DNA of 64,000 bases, taken from contig JBNKMF010000008.1 of assembly GCA_050292965.1 (NCBI GenBank), positions 7,337-71,336 of the forward strand, in the 5' to 3' direction. The position numbers and the translations under genes were made by a program. The stretch is from Gammaproteobacteria bacterium (GTDB taxonomy: Bacteria; Pseudomonadota; Gammaproteobacteria; GCA-001735895). Numbering within the stretch: the stretch's first letter is position 1; each line of letters begins with the position of its first letter. The notes below the pieces were generated by a model. That model was not told the DNA's origin and ran no database searches. It worked only from the letters and a program-made list of their open reading frames with translations. Of the stretch, positions 38,373 through 48,600 are shown one piece after another.

Positions 38373-39080
38373 CTAGTTTCCCAGCGAAGTAAATTGCCGC
38401 TTGATCAGTGTCAGAAATAAAGCGGCAGAGATACCACTAGATCCCATAATCATCAGCATTACCATAATCTGATAGCGTGCGGCAATCAATGGTGAAACTC
38501 CTGACAGGATTTGCCCCGTCATCATTCCCGGTAAGGATACCAACCCCACCGCCAGCAAAGAATTTAATACTGGAATTAATGCAGCCTGATAGGCCGCATC
38601 GCGACAATGACAATAATCAGCTACATGTTTCTGTTCGCTATAAAAACGTTCTGCAGCTATGCTTATAGTATTCATTGAATTAGAGAATATCATCCCAGCT
38701 ATCGGGATAATAACCTTGGGGTCGTACCAGGGGTCGAGGTGTAAAACCCCCTGCGTGGTAATAAATAACGAGAAAACTCCACCAATCGAGATAGACACAA
38801 GACTATATATAAAAAGCTGACTGGTAGATTGATCGAGCGAACTAAGAGCAATCCAGCTGGCGGCAAATAGCATTAAGCTGAGCACAAGGATGACCAGATA
38901 AGAACTATTGCTGCTGAAAATAAAATTTAACGCGTAACCGATTAGCATGAGCTGCAATAACATACGTGCTACTGAATAGACGGCTTTTTTTAATGATAAA
39001 GACCATTTAAAGATAATGGTCAGGGTGATCAGGACAGGAACAAACCCAAGTAGCAGGTCACTAAGAGAAATTATATACAC
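38373..39080 (-). CDS. fetB: FetB/YbbM-family (UPF0014) ABC-type permease, without adjacent ATPase
   Basis: Collinear with E. coli FetB by eye ('IPIAGMIFSNSMN', 'ALIP', 'VGLVSLPGMMTGQILSGVSP', 'YQIMVM'). Confidence 0.75.
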   Translation of the reverse strand: MYIISLSDLLLGFVPVLITLTIIFKWSLSLKKAVYSVARMLLQLMLIGYALNFIFSSNSSYLVILVLSLMLFAASWIALSSLDQSTSQLFIYSLVSISIGGVFSLFITTQGVLHLDPWYDPKVIIPIAGMIFSNSMNTISIAAERFYSEQKHVADYCHCRDAAYQAALIPVLNSLLAVGLVSLPGMMTGQILSGVSPLIAARYQIMVMLMIMGSSGISAALFLTLIKRQFTSLGN

Positions 39081-39154
39081 GAAAGGTTATCCAGCTAAAT
39101 GCACTTTTATAATTCGTAGAATATTCAGCATTGTAAAGCACAACTCCCAGTTAG

Positions 39155-39514
39155 CTACAGCAAATTCTTCCCATCGAAAACATCGAAATCCATTGAAAAG
39201 GTGTCAATGCCATCAATACACCCCAGGTTGACTCGATAATGACCAGGAGCTCGGGCAGTTTCATGAAAGGGATAAATTCCGCAGATCTTACAGAAAAAAT
39301 GTTTTGCAGTCTTGTCACCGAATTGATACAAACCTAAAGAACCCTCCTGTGCATCAATATTAAGATGTTCTATAGGTATGACTTCAGTTGACATCAAAGC
39401 ACCCTTGCGTGCACAGATAGAGCAGTTGCAGCGGATGCCTTTTTCTATTTTTTCTCCAGTATAGGAAAACTTAACAGCACCACAGTGGCAGCTACCCTGA
39501 TATGTTTCTGACAT
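39155..39514 (-). CDS. GFA-family (CENP-V/glutathione-dependent formaldehyde-activating-like) protein
   Basis: 'GSCHCGAVKF', 'CNCSICARKG', 'FCKICG' Cys pattern. Confidence 0.8.
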   Translation of the reverse strand: MSETYQGSCHCGAVKFSYTGEKIEKGIRCNCSICARKGALMSTEVIPIEHLNIDAQEGSLGLYQFGDKTAKHFFCKICGIYPFHETARAPGHYRVNLGCIDGIDTFSMDFDVFDGKNLL

Positions 39515-39735
39515 AACTTTATCCTCTATTAAGCATAGTTCTTAGTCCGCTGTAATATTTGCTCAGTGCTTCCTTGTGTAATTACAGATTGATCAACGAA
39601 GACCATCTTAGCACTGGGAGCAATGATAAAGGTAAAACACATTATCACCATAAATTCTTTCCCATCTCATTCTATATTTTAGTCCGTAAATAAATTAAAT
39701 CATTACGTCATTAAGATGGCTGTGTTGCTTTTCGT

Positions 39736-40134
39736 TCAATTTTTTTCGAACTTCTCTTTGTTGATAATAAAACGTTCGTGGCGGCCACGGGATATAAGAT
39801 CTACACCATCATGCGCTTCAACGTCAAATACCAGCTTACGTCCATCAACCTCAACCAGTTCGACTGAGGCAGACACCTCAAATCCTGGAGGTGTTGCTGC
39901 CTCGTGAGTGACATCGATATGGGTGCCCACAGACTGCTCGTTTGGCCAATCAAGGTAAGGGTTGATGCACATAATGCAGGTCCACTCAAGAAATCCAACC
40001 AGAAACCCAGTGGCGAAAACCTCAGGCATTTGAATGAATTCATCAGATTCAGGATAAAGCGAGGGTACTGTTTTGGAAACAGGGATCACAAATGAGTGGG
40101 TATATTTGAGGCCGGGCCTGAGAGACAGTTGCAT
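39736..40134 (-). CDS. hotdog-fold thioesterase (FlK/YbgC-like)
   Basis: 'FATGFLVGFLEWTC...GTHIDVTHEAATPPG..V...VELVEVDGRKLVFDVEAHDG'. Start moved to ATG 40134 (MQLSLRPGLKY). Confidence 0.65.
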   Translation of the reverse strand: MQLSLRPGLKYTHSFVIPVSKTVPSLYPESDEFIQMPEVFATGFLVGFLEWTCIMCINPYLDWPNEQSVGTHIDVTHEAATPPGFEVSASVELVEVDGRKLVFDVEAHDGVDLISRGRHERFIINKEKFEKN

Positions 40135-40182
40135 GACTATGATTTTTCCAGATAGTGACCTTGGATGAATCATAGCAAATCT

Positions 40183-40203
40183 AAAGCCCGAACGTCGGGC
40201 TTT
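40183..40203 (-). terminator. hairpin aaagcccga-acg-tcgggcttt downstream of the 40240-40611 gene
   Basis: 9-bp GC-containing stem. The T-tract on the minus strand is short. Confidence 0.45.
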
Positions 40204-40239
40204 AGTAGAGGTATTAAAAAGGTGGTTTAAGCCGTGTTA

Positions 40240-40611
40240 TTAAGCAGCTTTCCGAGTAGTGGTTGAAAACTCGACAAGGTCTTCCTGGATTGGGCAAAAC
40301 TCTAATTCAACATGTTGAATGGTTGGCTGAGAAAGTTTTTCGTCACAGGCACCAGTGGTAGAACAGTTTTCACATTTGGACATGTGTTGCTTGATATTAT
40401 GTACCGATGACTTGTGCAGATAGGCATTGCTATCCAGTCCAAGAGCACTCAGCACTTTCGACATACGCAACTGTTGTAAACTTTGTGCTAGATTTTTGCG
40501 AAATTCGCGGCCCTGTCGCATATTCTTTCTGAAAAGCAAAACGAAGAAGACGTTGAGCATGGTCATAGCCGAAGCTAAAATGGCTAATAAGATATAGCTG
40601 ATGATTTCCAT
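40240..40611 (-). CDS. small single-TM protein with Cys-rich C-terminal domain (DUF6455-like?)
   Basis: ATG 40611 has GGGGGA 6 nt upstream. One TM helix, then 'MSKVLSALGLDSNAYL....CENCSTTGACDEKL....FCP'. Confidence 0.5.
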   Translation of the reverse strand: MEIISYILLAILASAMTMLNVFFVLLFRKNMRQGREFRKNLAQSLQQLRMSKVLSALGLDSNAYLHKSSVHNIKQHMSKCENCSTTGACDEKLSQPTIQHVELEFCPIQEDLVEFSTTTRKAA

Positions 40612-41195
40612 TAGTTTCCCCCAGATAAAATGACCGGCGAGTGTAAGCTTAAACCAGTTATTTTTATGTGACATAGATCATATGTCGCTGCGTAATATGG
40701 ATCTAATTTCGAGCGATTAACGGTTTTTTCATATATTCTATCCCTGAACAGCCCCTGCTGATGAATTAATATTTATTTTGATGATTGCCTGTATCAGGGT
40801 TTAGCGGTACGTAATGGCGAAATACTGTCCAAAACCGGACAAAGGTCTACTGTTTTAGTTAGTCTATCCAGAGACAGAGGCTTATATCAGACTGATTCTT
40901 TCATTTTGATCTTTTCCGTTTTGATAGATAACATGGGTTAAAGCAGTGAGCATAAATTGATAATTGGCATCGATATAAGCTAAAAAACTGCAAGTTCTAC
41001 AGATTCGGGCTTTTCTTTGAGATAGGTAAAAAATTGACTGATGCATAAGTTTTTACAGTTTGTTGTAACAATTGCGGAACATTGCCTTAAATAATTCATT
41101 CAGCTACAAATTGATAGATTTTCTTTAACTATAACTGGATAAAGTTTAAGTCCCAATAATGTAAAAACTCAAGGCATTAACTTGCGGTTAAAATA

Positions 41196-44100
41196 ATGAT
41201 AAAAAAATTTTCAATCTTCTTAATATTGCTGATTTGTTATTCGAATGCTTCAGCAGATTATAAACTGCCTTCTGCGCTGACCAATGATCCGTTTAATTGT
41301 TCAGGTAGTGGATCTCCATATACCTGCAGTAGCAGTATTTCAATACCAGAGGAATCAAAATTTAAACTTAACTCAGACATAACGTTGAATATAACGGGTG
41401 ATTTTACCCTGGGAAAAGATTTTGAAGGAGTGACTACCAACGGATATCAATTAACCTTGGTTGTCGACGGCAATGTAACAATAAATAAAGAATCCACATT
41501 TAGTGGCAATATCTTTGCTACGGGTGATATAACTATAAAAAAAGAAGCCGACTTCGTTGGTAATATTTCTGCAAAAAAAAATATCCATATTGAGAAAGAA
41601 AGTAATTTTAACGGTGATATTAGCGCTGGTGGAAGTTTGGTTATCAGCAAATCAACGACGGTAGATGGCAATTGCTCACCCTCAAATTCTAGATGCACGG
41701 GTACATTCATTCCAGCTGATTGTGACATTTTTGCAGATAACTTTAACTCCACCAGTTATAGCAATCAGGATGGAACTGCAGACTGGTCGTCAGACTGGTC
41801 TGAAACTAACGATGATGATTCTCCTAACAATGGTGAAATAAGAATTAGAAAAAATATTTTGCGAATAGAAAACAGAGATCGAGCTATTACTCGTAATGCA
41901 AATTTATCGGAATACTCTACTGCTACCCTTACTTTTAATTATCATGAAAGTAAATTTGATGACAATAGCGATTCCATTAATATTGAGGTGCAGGGCGGCG
42001 GAAATGGTTGGACTAGCCTGCAAAAGTTTGCGGGGTCAAATGTAGGTAGTGGCAGAGCCAGCTTACCTATTTCAAGTTCTTTCCTCGACAGTAATTTTCA
42101 AATACGGTTTATTACCTCAAATACGCTAGGAGAGAAAAACCGGTTTTATGTCGACAATCTAAGAATTGAAGCCTGTTCAGAGCTCTTACCATTGGCAGAA
42201 TGGCACTTTGACGAATCGAGCTGGAGCGGAGTCACTGGAGAAGTTGTAGATACGCAGGGCACTTTAGATGGAACAGCCGTCAATGGAGCCACAACAGGAG
42301 GGAGTAAGAGAGCTATAGCCGGTACCCCTGGAACCTGTCGCTATGGTATGTTTGATGGTGAAGATGATTATGTTGACTTGAACGGCATGCCTGAGTTAAC
42401 AGGTAGTTTCACAATATCTGCATGGATATACGCCAATGAAACAGGCAATGATCAACGTATTTTCGTAGATGATCAGAATAATTCAAATGGATTTGGATTA
42501 AGTCTCGGGGATGGTGGAAATGGTCAATTAAGATTCTTTTCAAGAAGTGTAAATCCAGTGATAGTGGATACTCAGAATGCCGTAATTTCAGCAAAAACAT
42601 GGTATCACGTGGCAGCGGTGCATGACATATCGGCGAAAACACGGCAAATTTATGTAAATGGTACGGCAGCGACATTATCAGGCGGTGTTACAGCTCCGAC
42701 CTATACAGGAGAATGGGATGTTGATACAGACGCTGCCAGTATTGGTGGAGAAAATAATAATGCCGGGGAAGCCAGCGCTAACTTTAGATTTAACGGCAAT
42801 ATCGATGAAGTCAGGGTTTACGATGGAGCGCTATCTGCCGGCCAGATCAATACTGTTATGAATGAAACTCATCCCTGCCCTCTTATGATACATCATTTTA
42901 ATATCAATGTTGGTGCTGGCGCAGCTAATACCTGTACACCGTTTGAATTTACCATAACTGCTGAAGATAGCAGTAATAATCCAGTCACTGATTACTACGG
43001 TACAATTTTCATCAAAACAAGTACCGAAAATGGTGATGCCGCCAACGGTAATTTTAGTACAATAACAGCCACCAATAATATTAATCCAAATCCAGATAAT
43101 GACGATAATGGTAGCGCCAGTTATGCCTTCGACCAGGCGGATAATGGTTCCATCAGTTTAGCGCTGACCAATAACCATTCGCAAACACTCATCATATCCG
43201 TGGTAGATTCATTATTGCCACATACTTTGTCGTCCACGACGAAAGTGTTTTTTAGCAACTCTGGTTTTGTCATTAGCGATGCGGACACCACCCTGGCAGG
43301 AGCGAATAATATCCCAGTTGCTGGACGAGAGCATAATTTCCTCGTACAAAAGAAACGTCGGAGCAAAAAAGGAAGAGGTTGTATTATTGATACCAACTAC
43401 GATGGCGATAAGAATCTGCAAATGTGGCGCAGCAAAAATAAGACCGATCCCAGTAGTAATTCACCAACACTGGGTGGTTACTCGTTACCGGATGCCAAAC
43501 CGGAAACTGCAAATGGAAAAAAGATAAATTTTGTTAGGGGTGAGGCTAGATTAGATTTAAAGACGACTGATATTGGTCGGTATAGGATTGAGCTTGCCGA
43601 TATTTCCAATAGATTTCCCATCTCGGGAACCTCGGCTGAACAGACGATCCGACCATTCGGTCTGGCGATAGATAATGTTGAGGGCACTCATGCAAATGAT
43701 AAAAGCAATACCCCTGATGGAAAAATCTTTGCAACTGCAGGGGCCAATTTTAGTGCAACAGTGAAGGCGGTCCTTTGGGATAGTGCGGATGATTCAAACA
43801 GTGATGGCATAATCGATGCTGGGCACAGCTTTAATGATAATAATAAAGTCCCCAGCTTCGCCTGGGATACCTTACTGGATGGTGTGACTGGTGGTTATAC
43901 CCCCGCTGGTAGTAGCGCTGATTTTTTGCGTGGAGTTAATCAGGTAGCGAACTTGACAAAGGCTGAGTTTAGCGACCATTCGGGAACGTTTACAGTTACT
44001 AATTTGCGATATGCAGAAGTTGGTAGTTTTACACTACGTGGTGATGTAACTGGATTTCTGGGTGCTGCCGGTGCCAATTTCTATAGCGATGAAATCGTGG

Positions 44101-45056
44101 TAGGTCGCTTCATACCCGCTAGTTTTGAACTCACCACAGTTTCTAATGGTACCCTGGAGAATGCTTGCGGAAGTTTTAATTATATTGGTCAAGAGTTTGG
44201 CTATTATAAGAAGCCATCCTTCGTGGTAACGGCTATGAATGCGCTACCTGAACCAACTGCTACGGGTAATTACACTGGAAGCTGGAGTAAATTGACGACG
44301 GATTCATTTTCGTTTGATTCGGTAACTCAAGATTCCAGCAATAAAGGTGCTGATGGTAAAAAACTGGACATCGTATACACCAAGAAGGCCCTCAGTATTG
44401 ATGACAATGAGGATGGTAGTTTTAACGTGTCATTCGGCGCGGATAGCTTTTGCTATGGATTGGGTACCCCCTGTGTCAAACAGTCTAACGCCCAGGTAGC
44501 AGAGTTTACTGCGGATATCGATATTAAATTGACCAAGATTCACGATGACGATGTCATTACAGAAAATATCGAAGGCATACAAGTTTTTTCTCCGGCACAG
44601 CTATTGCCAGAAACGGAGTTACCAGGAACGATGCGTTTTGGCCGCCTGGCTATGGAAAATGTATTTGGCTCAGAGTTGATTGGCTTAACTATGCCTATGA
44701 GAACTCAATACTTTGATGGCAGCAACTATCTCCTTAATGCCGCTGATAACTGTACCACGCTAAATACTAATGAACTCGAGGTGACTCCGTCACTGAGTGG
44801 GGGTACTTCGACCGTTACAGTAATTTCAACTAATGCAACAGCGGGTGTTCTAGATATAAGTCTGACAGCCCCAGGGGCGGGTAAGACTGGATATATTGAT
44901 GTGACTCCGGATTTAAAAAAAAATGATTTCGGTGTACCCTGGCTGCAATATGACTGGAATAGCACAATTCCAGGGCTGGAAAATCCAACCGGTCGTGCTA
45001 CTTTTGGTATCTATAACGGCAATCCGCCGCAGATATACATCCGCCAGATCCATTAA
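41196..45056 (+). CDS. giant secreted MshQ-like / LamG-domain protein, paralog 1 (1286 aa)
   Basis: Signal peptide. 'DYKLP..C.GSGSPYTC' head, 3 x ~19-aa beta-helix-like repeats, LamG core 'FTISAWIYANETGNDQRIFVDDQNNSNGFG...WYHVAAVH...NGNIDEVRVY', and C-terminus 'ATFGIYNGNPPQIYIRQIH'. Confidence 0.7.
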   Translation: MIKKFSIFLILLICYSNASADYKLPSALTNDPFNCSGSGSPYTCSSSISIPEESKFKLNSDITLNITGDFTLGKDFEGVTTNGYQLTLVVDGNVTINKESTFSGNIFATGDITIKKEADFVGNISAKKNIHIEKESNFNGDISAGGSLVISKSTTVDGNCSPSNSRCTGTFIPADCDIFADNFNSTSYSNQDGTADWSSDWSETNDDDSPNNGEIRIRKNILRIENRDRAITRNANLSEYSTATLTFNYHESKFDDNSDSINIEVQGGGNGWTSLQKFAGSNVGSGRASLPISSSFLDSNFQIRFITSNTLGEKNRFYVDNLRIEACSELLPLAEWHFDESSWSGVTGEVVDTQGTLDGTAVNGATTGGSKRAIAGTPGTCRYGMFDGEDDYVDLNGMPELTGSFTISAWIYANETGNDQRIFVDDQNNSNGFGLSLGDGGNGQLRFFSRSVNPVIVDTQNAVISAKTWYHVAAVHDISAKTRQIYVNGTAATLSGGVTAPTYTGEWDVDTDAASIGGENNNAGEASANFRFNGNIDEVRVYDGALSAGQINTVMNETHPCPLMIHHFNINVGAGAANTCTPFEFTITAEDSSNNPVTDYYGTIFIKTSTENGDAANGNFSTITATNNINPNPDNDDNGSASYAFDQADNGSISLALTNNHSQTLIISVVDSLLPHTLSSTTKVFFSNSGFVISDADTTLAGANNIPVAGREHNFLVQKKRRSKKGRGCIIDTNYDGDKNLQMWRSKNKTDPSSNSPTLGGYSLPDAKPETANGKKINFVRGEARLDLKTTDIGRYRIELADISNRFPISGTSAEQTIRPFGLAIDNVEGTHANDKSNTPDGKIFATAGANFSATVKAVLWDSADDSNSDGIIDAGHSFNDNNKVPSFAWDTLLDGVTGGYTPAGSSADFLRGVNQVANLTKAEFSDHSGTFTVTNLRYAEVGSFTLRGDVTGFLGAAGANFYSDEIVVGRFIPASFELTTVSNGTLENACGSFNYIGQEFGYYKKPSFVVTAMNALPEPTATGNYTGSWSKLTTDSFSFDSVTQDSSNKGADGKKLDIVYTKKALSIDDNEDGSFNVSFGADSFCYGLGTPCVKQSNAQVAEFTADIDIKLTKIHDDDVITENIEGIQVFSPAQLLPETELPGTMRFGRLAMENVFGSELIGLTMPMRTQYFDGSNYLLNAADNCTTLNTNELEVTPSLSGGTSTVTVISTNATAGVLDISLTAPGAGKTGYIDVTPDLKKNDFGVPWLQYDWNSTIPGLENPTGRATFGIYNGNPPQIYIRQIH

Positions 45057-45067
45057 TCAACCCTGTC

Positions 45068-45403
45068 TTAACCTATCATTTTCTTAAACTAGTCCAGGTG
45101 AATCATAAGGGCGAGCAACAAAGCCCAGGAGGCTATAGAAAGCCTCTGCCCCCTTTGCTGCAAACAGAAGCACTCGACGGATATCTTAGCGCTCACATTT
45201 CTTCACCATTATACGGATAATCTGGCAGCCCCTACGGTAACACCATCACATCATAGATAGTTGCATAAGCTACGCCATCAGATACGGCGCGACCAAAGCC
45301 AATGAGCTTGTGCGGAATCCAGGTTTAAGCGTTAATTCCAGCCTGCTCTGTGAATACAGAGCTTAAAATTCGGATTTTGATGGGATTTTGTCTTTATATC
45401 CTG
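45068..45403 (-). pseudogene. decayed duplicate of the GNAT acetyltransferase gene at 50234-50641
   Basis: Alignable by eye over its whole length with 50234-50641 (roughly four in five positions). There are two deletions, one removing the QGQGIG acetyl-CoA motif region. The start codon is lost (ttccat becomes tcctga). No ORF of 60 aa or more in any frame. Confidence 0.8.
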
Positions 45404-45605
45404 ATTTAAGAGTCCCCCATGTATTAAGGCCGAGGCAGTGAAAGCTAATTTCTATAATGTGCTAGATGCTGTCTTTGAGCTGAATGTTTTCAGTCTATTG
45501 TGTGATTTTATAGACTAAGGCACCTATTTAAGCAGTATTCTCAACTATAATCGAGTTGCGTTTTATAAATAAATTTCCTGCGATACAATAATACCGAGAG
45601 TTCGC

Positions 45606-48600
45606 ATGTATAAAATTATAGCGTTAACTTTCTTGATTCTCAGTTTTTCACCTCGGGTAAATGCAGCAAGCTATACCCTGCCGGGAGATTTTGGCACCGG
45701 TATATTTAATGGCTGTTCCTTAACGGGGTCAGACTATCATTGTGATAGCAATATCTCTATTCCGCAGAACTCAGATATAACTCTTACCAGCGATGTCGCT
45801 CTTTATGTCCACGCAAACTTTTCAATCCAGAGCGGATTTGTAGGGGTTAATACGAATGGGAATGCTCTGAATATTACTGTTGATGGAAATGTATCTATCA
45901 ATAAACAATCGACTTTTACCGGCAATCTAGAGGCTACCGGTAATGTAAATATCGGTGGTCTAGCCACTTTTACCGGATATATCGTTTCATCTAGCGTTAT
46001 TAATATCGGCCAGGATAGTGTTTTTACAGGGGATATCACGACTACTGGTAGCCTGAATATCGGCAATGCAACGATAGTAAATGGTATTTGTACACCCACC
46101 CACCCTCAATGTACCGGTGTCGTAGTAACCCCCACAGGTTGCGACACATTAGCGGATAATTTCAATTCATTCAGCTATAGCCGGCAGGATGGAACAGTCT
46201 TCTGGACATCAGACTGGGTAGAGAGCAACGATAATGGATCTCCAAACAATGGTGATATTCGTATCACCGGAAATCGGTTACTCATAGAAAATAGTGGTCG
46301 AGCAATTACTAGAGGTGCAGATTTATCGACTTATTCATCAGCTACTCTAACTTTTACTTACGAGGAAAGCGGTTTTGATACCAGCAGTGATTTTATTGAT
46401 ATTGAGATTCAGGGGGGTGGGAGTGGGTGGACCAGCCTGCAAAATTTTGCTGGATCAAGTGTTGGTACTGGCAGCGCCAATTTATCCATTGCAAGCTCAT
46501 TCCTGGCCAGTGACTTTCAAATACGTTTGATTACATCAAATAGCTTGGGTAATAGTGATCGTTTCTATATTGATGATCTGCAGATAGAGGCCTGTCCGGG
46601 GACGTCGCAACCCGCAATCGATTTCCATTTTGATGAAGCAAGCTGGACAGGTGTCAGTAATGAGGTCATCGACAGTAGTGTAAATTCCAAGCATGCTTCG
46701 ATTAGCCCTGCCAGTGGGTTAAATACCATAGCTAACGGAGCTATATGTCGTGCAGGACAGTTTGATGGTATTAATGATTACATTGTTTCAAACGATATCT
46801 TTTCAGTATTGAAAACTACAGCTTCCATGAGCTTCTGGATCAAAACCATACAAACTGGAAATGATACAAACTGGCTAGCCCCAGGTGTTGCTGGAATCGA
46901 ACAGTCCGGAGGTCGTGATGATATTTTTTGGGGTTGGCTGGATGCTTCTGGCCATATAGGCATTTCTAAATGGGATACACCCTCTGCCAAGTCTAGCGTG
47001 GCAATCAATGATGGCGTGTTTCATCATATTGTTCTTACACGTGAGTCGGCTAGTGGCGCTTACAAGATTTATATAGATGGAGTTTTGAATAAATCAGGAA
47101 CAACTGGGGCAGGTGATGTGGGTACCTCCTTCAGTAGTATCGGGCGCATTGAGGACACAGCTGGCACCCCGGAATATCTAGCGGCCGATCTTGATGAGAT
47201 TATGGTGTTTAACCGTGTTTTAACTGATGCACAGGTATCCGAAATTTATACCAATCAGGCGGCGGGTAATAACTATGATGGCTCATCAAGAGCCTGTCTG
47301 GATACACCATTGGCTGAATGGCGCTTTGACGAGTCAAGCTGGAGCGGGACATCTGGAGAAGTAATAGACACACAGGGTAATATAAACGCTACTGCGGTTA
47401 ATGGTGCTAACACTGGGGGAAGCAATCCGGCTATAGCTGGCAATCCTGGAACCTGTCGCTATGGTGTGTTTGATGGCTCAAATGATTATATCGACTTAAA
47501 CGGAATGCCCGAATTAACAGGCAGTTTCACTATATCCGCCTGGATTTATGCCAATGAAACCGGTAATGATCAACGTATTTTTGTGGATGATCAGAATAAT
47601 TCAAATGGATTTGGTTTTAGTCTCGGAGATGGTGGAAATGGTCACCTTAGATTCTTTTCAAGAGGCATAAGTCCAGACATAGTTGATACCCAGAATGCCG
47701 TAATTTCGACAGGTCAATGGTATCACGTGGCAGCAGTGCATAATGCATTGGCAAAAACCCGTCAAATTTTTGTTAATGGTGCTGCAGTGGCATTAACAGG
47801 TGGGGTTACAACAGCGACCTATACAGGAACCTGGGGTTTTGATAGTGGTGCGGCCAGTATTGGCGGTGAAAATAATAGTGCAGGCAGCGAAGCTGTAGCC
47901 AACTGGAGATTTAATGGCAATATCGATGAAGTCAGGGTTTACCAGTCAGCGTTAACTGCCAGTCAAATCACGCTCTTAATGAATCAAACGAGACCCTGTG
48001 CCGCTACAGCCGTTGACCATTATGTAATAGCCCACAGCAATCTGGGTGTAACTTGTGAGGCAGAATTGATAACTGTCACAGCGCATGATGCCAGTCATGG
48101 AGTGATAAACCCAGCCTCGTTTACTACCATTACATTGACTACCTCTTTGGCTAATGATGGTTGGACATTAGCCAGTGGTAGTGGAACATTTACTTCACCC
48201 AATCAGTATAGCTTTAGCGGGAGTGAATCTTCGATACAGTTCTGGCTGAGTAAAAAAAGTGTTACCACGGCTCCGCACATGAATATCGATGTCTCTGATG
48301 GTACGGCCAGTGATCTTGACAATGGTGGTGCTGAGGATCCAGGAAATATTGAATTTAAGGATACAGGTTTACGCTTTTATGCAGATTCTGTAAATAATTC
48401 AATAGCCACACAGATAGCTGGTAAAGCATCGAACATCAATCCTAACTCACAATCGTTAACCTTAATGGCTGTAGAAACCAATAGTGAAACGGGTGCCTGC
48501 GAAACAGTTGTTAAAGGAACTACCGATATACTACTCTCGGTTGGATGTATAAACCCGTCTAGCTGTTCACGCCCCTTGTATCTTGGTAGCACTTCCGCAT

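Noticed and set aside
45420-45605. Similarity between the upstream regions of the two giant genes (for example tctttaactataactgga against attctcaactataatcgag), as a possible shared promoter or operator.
   Set aside because: Only short AT-rich words match. I could not define convincing -35/-10 elements or a conserved operator by eye.
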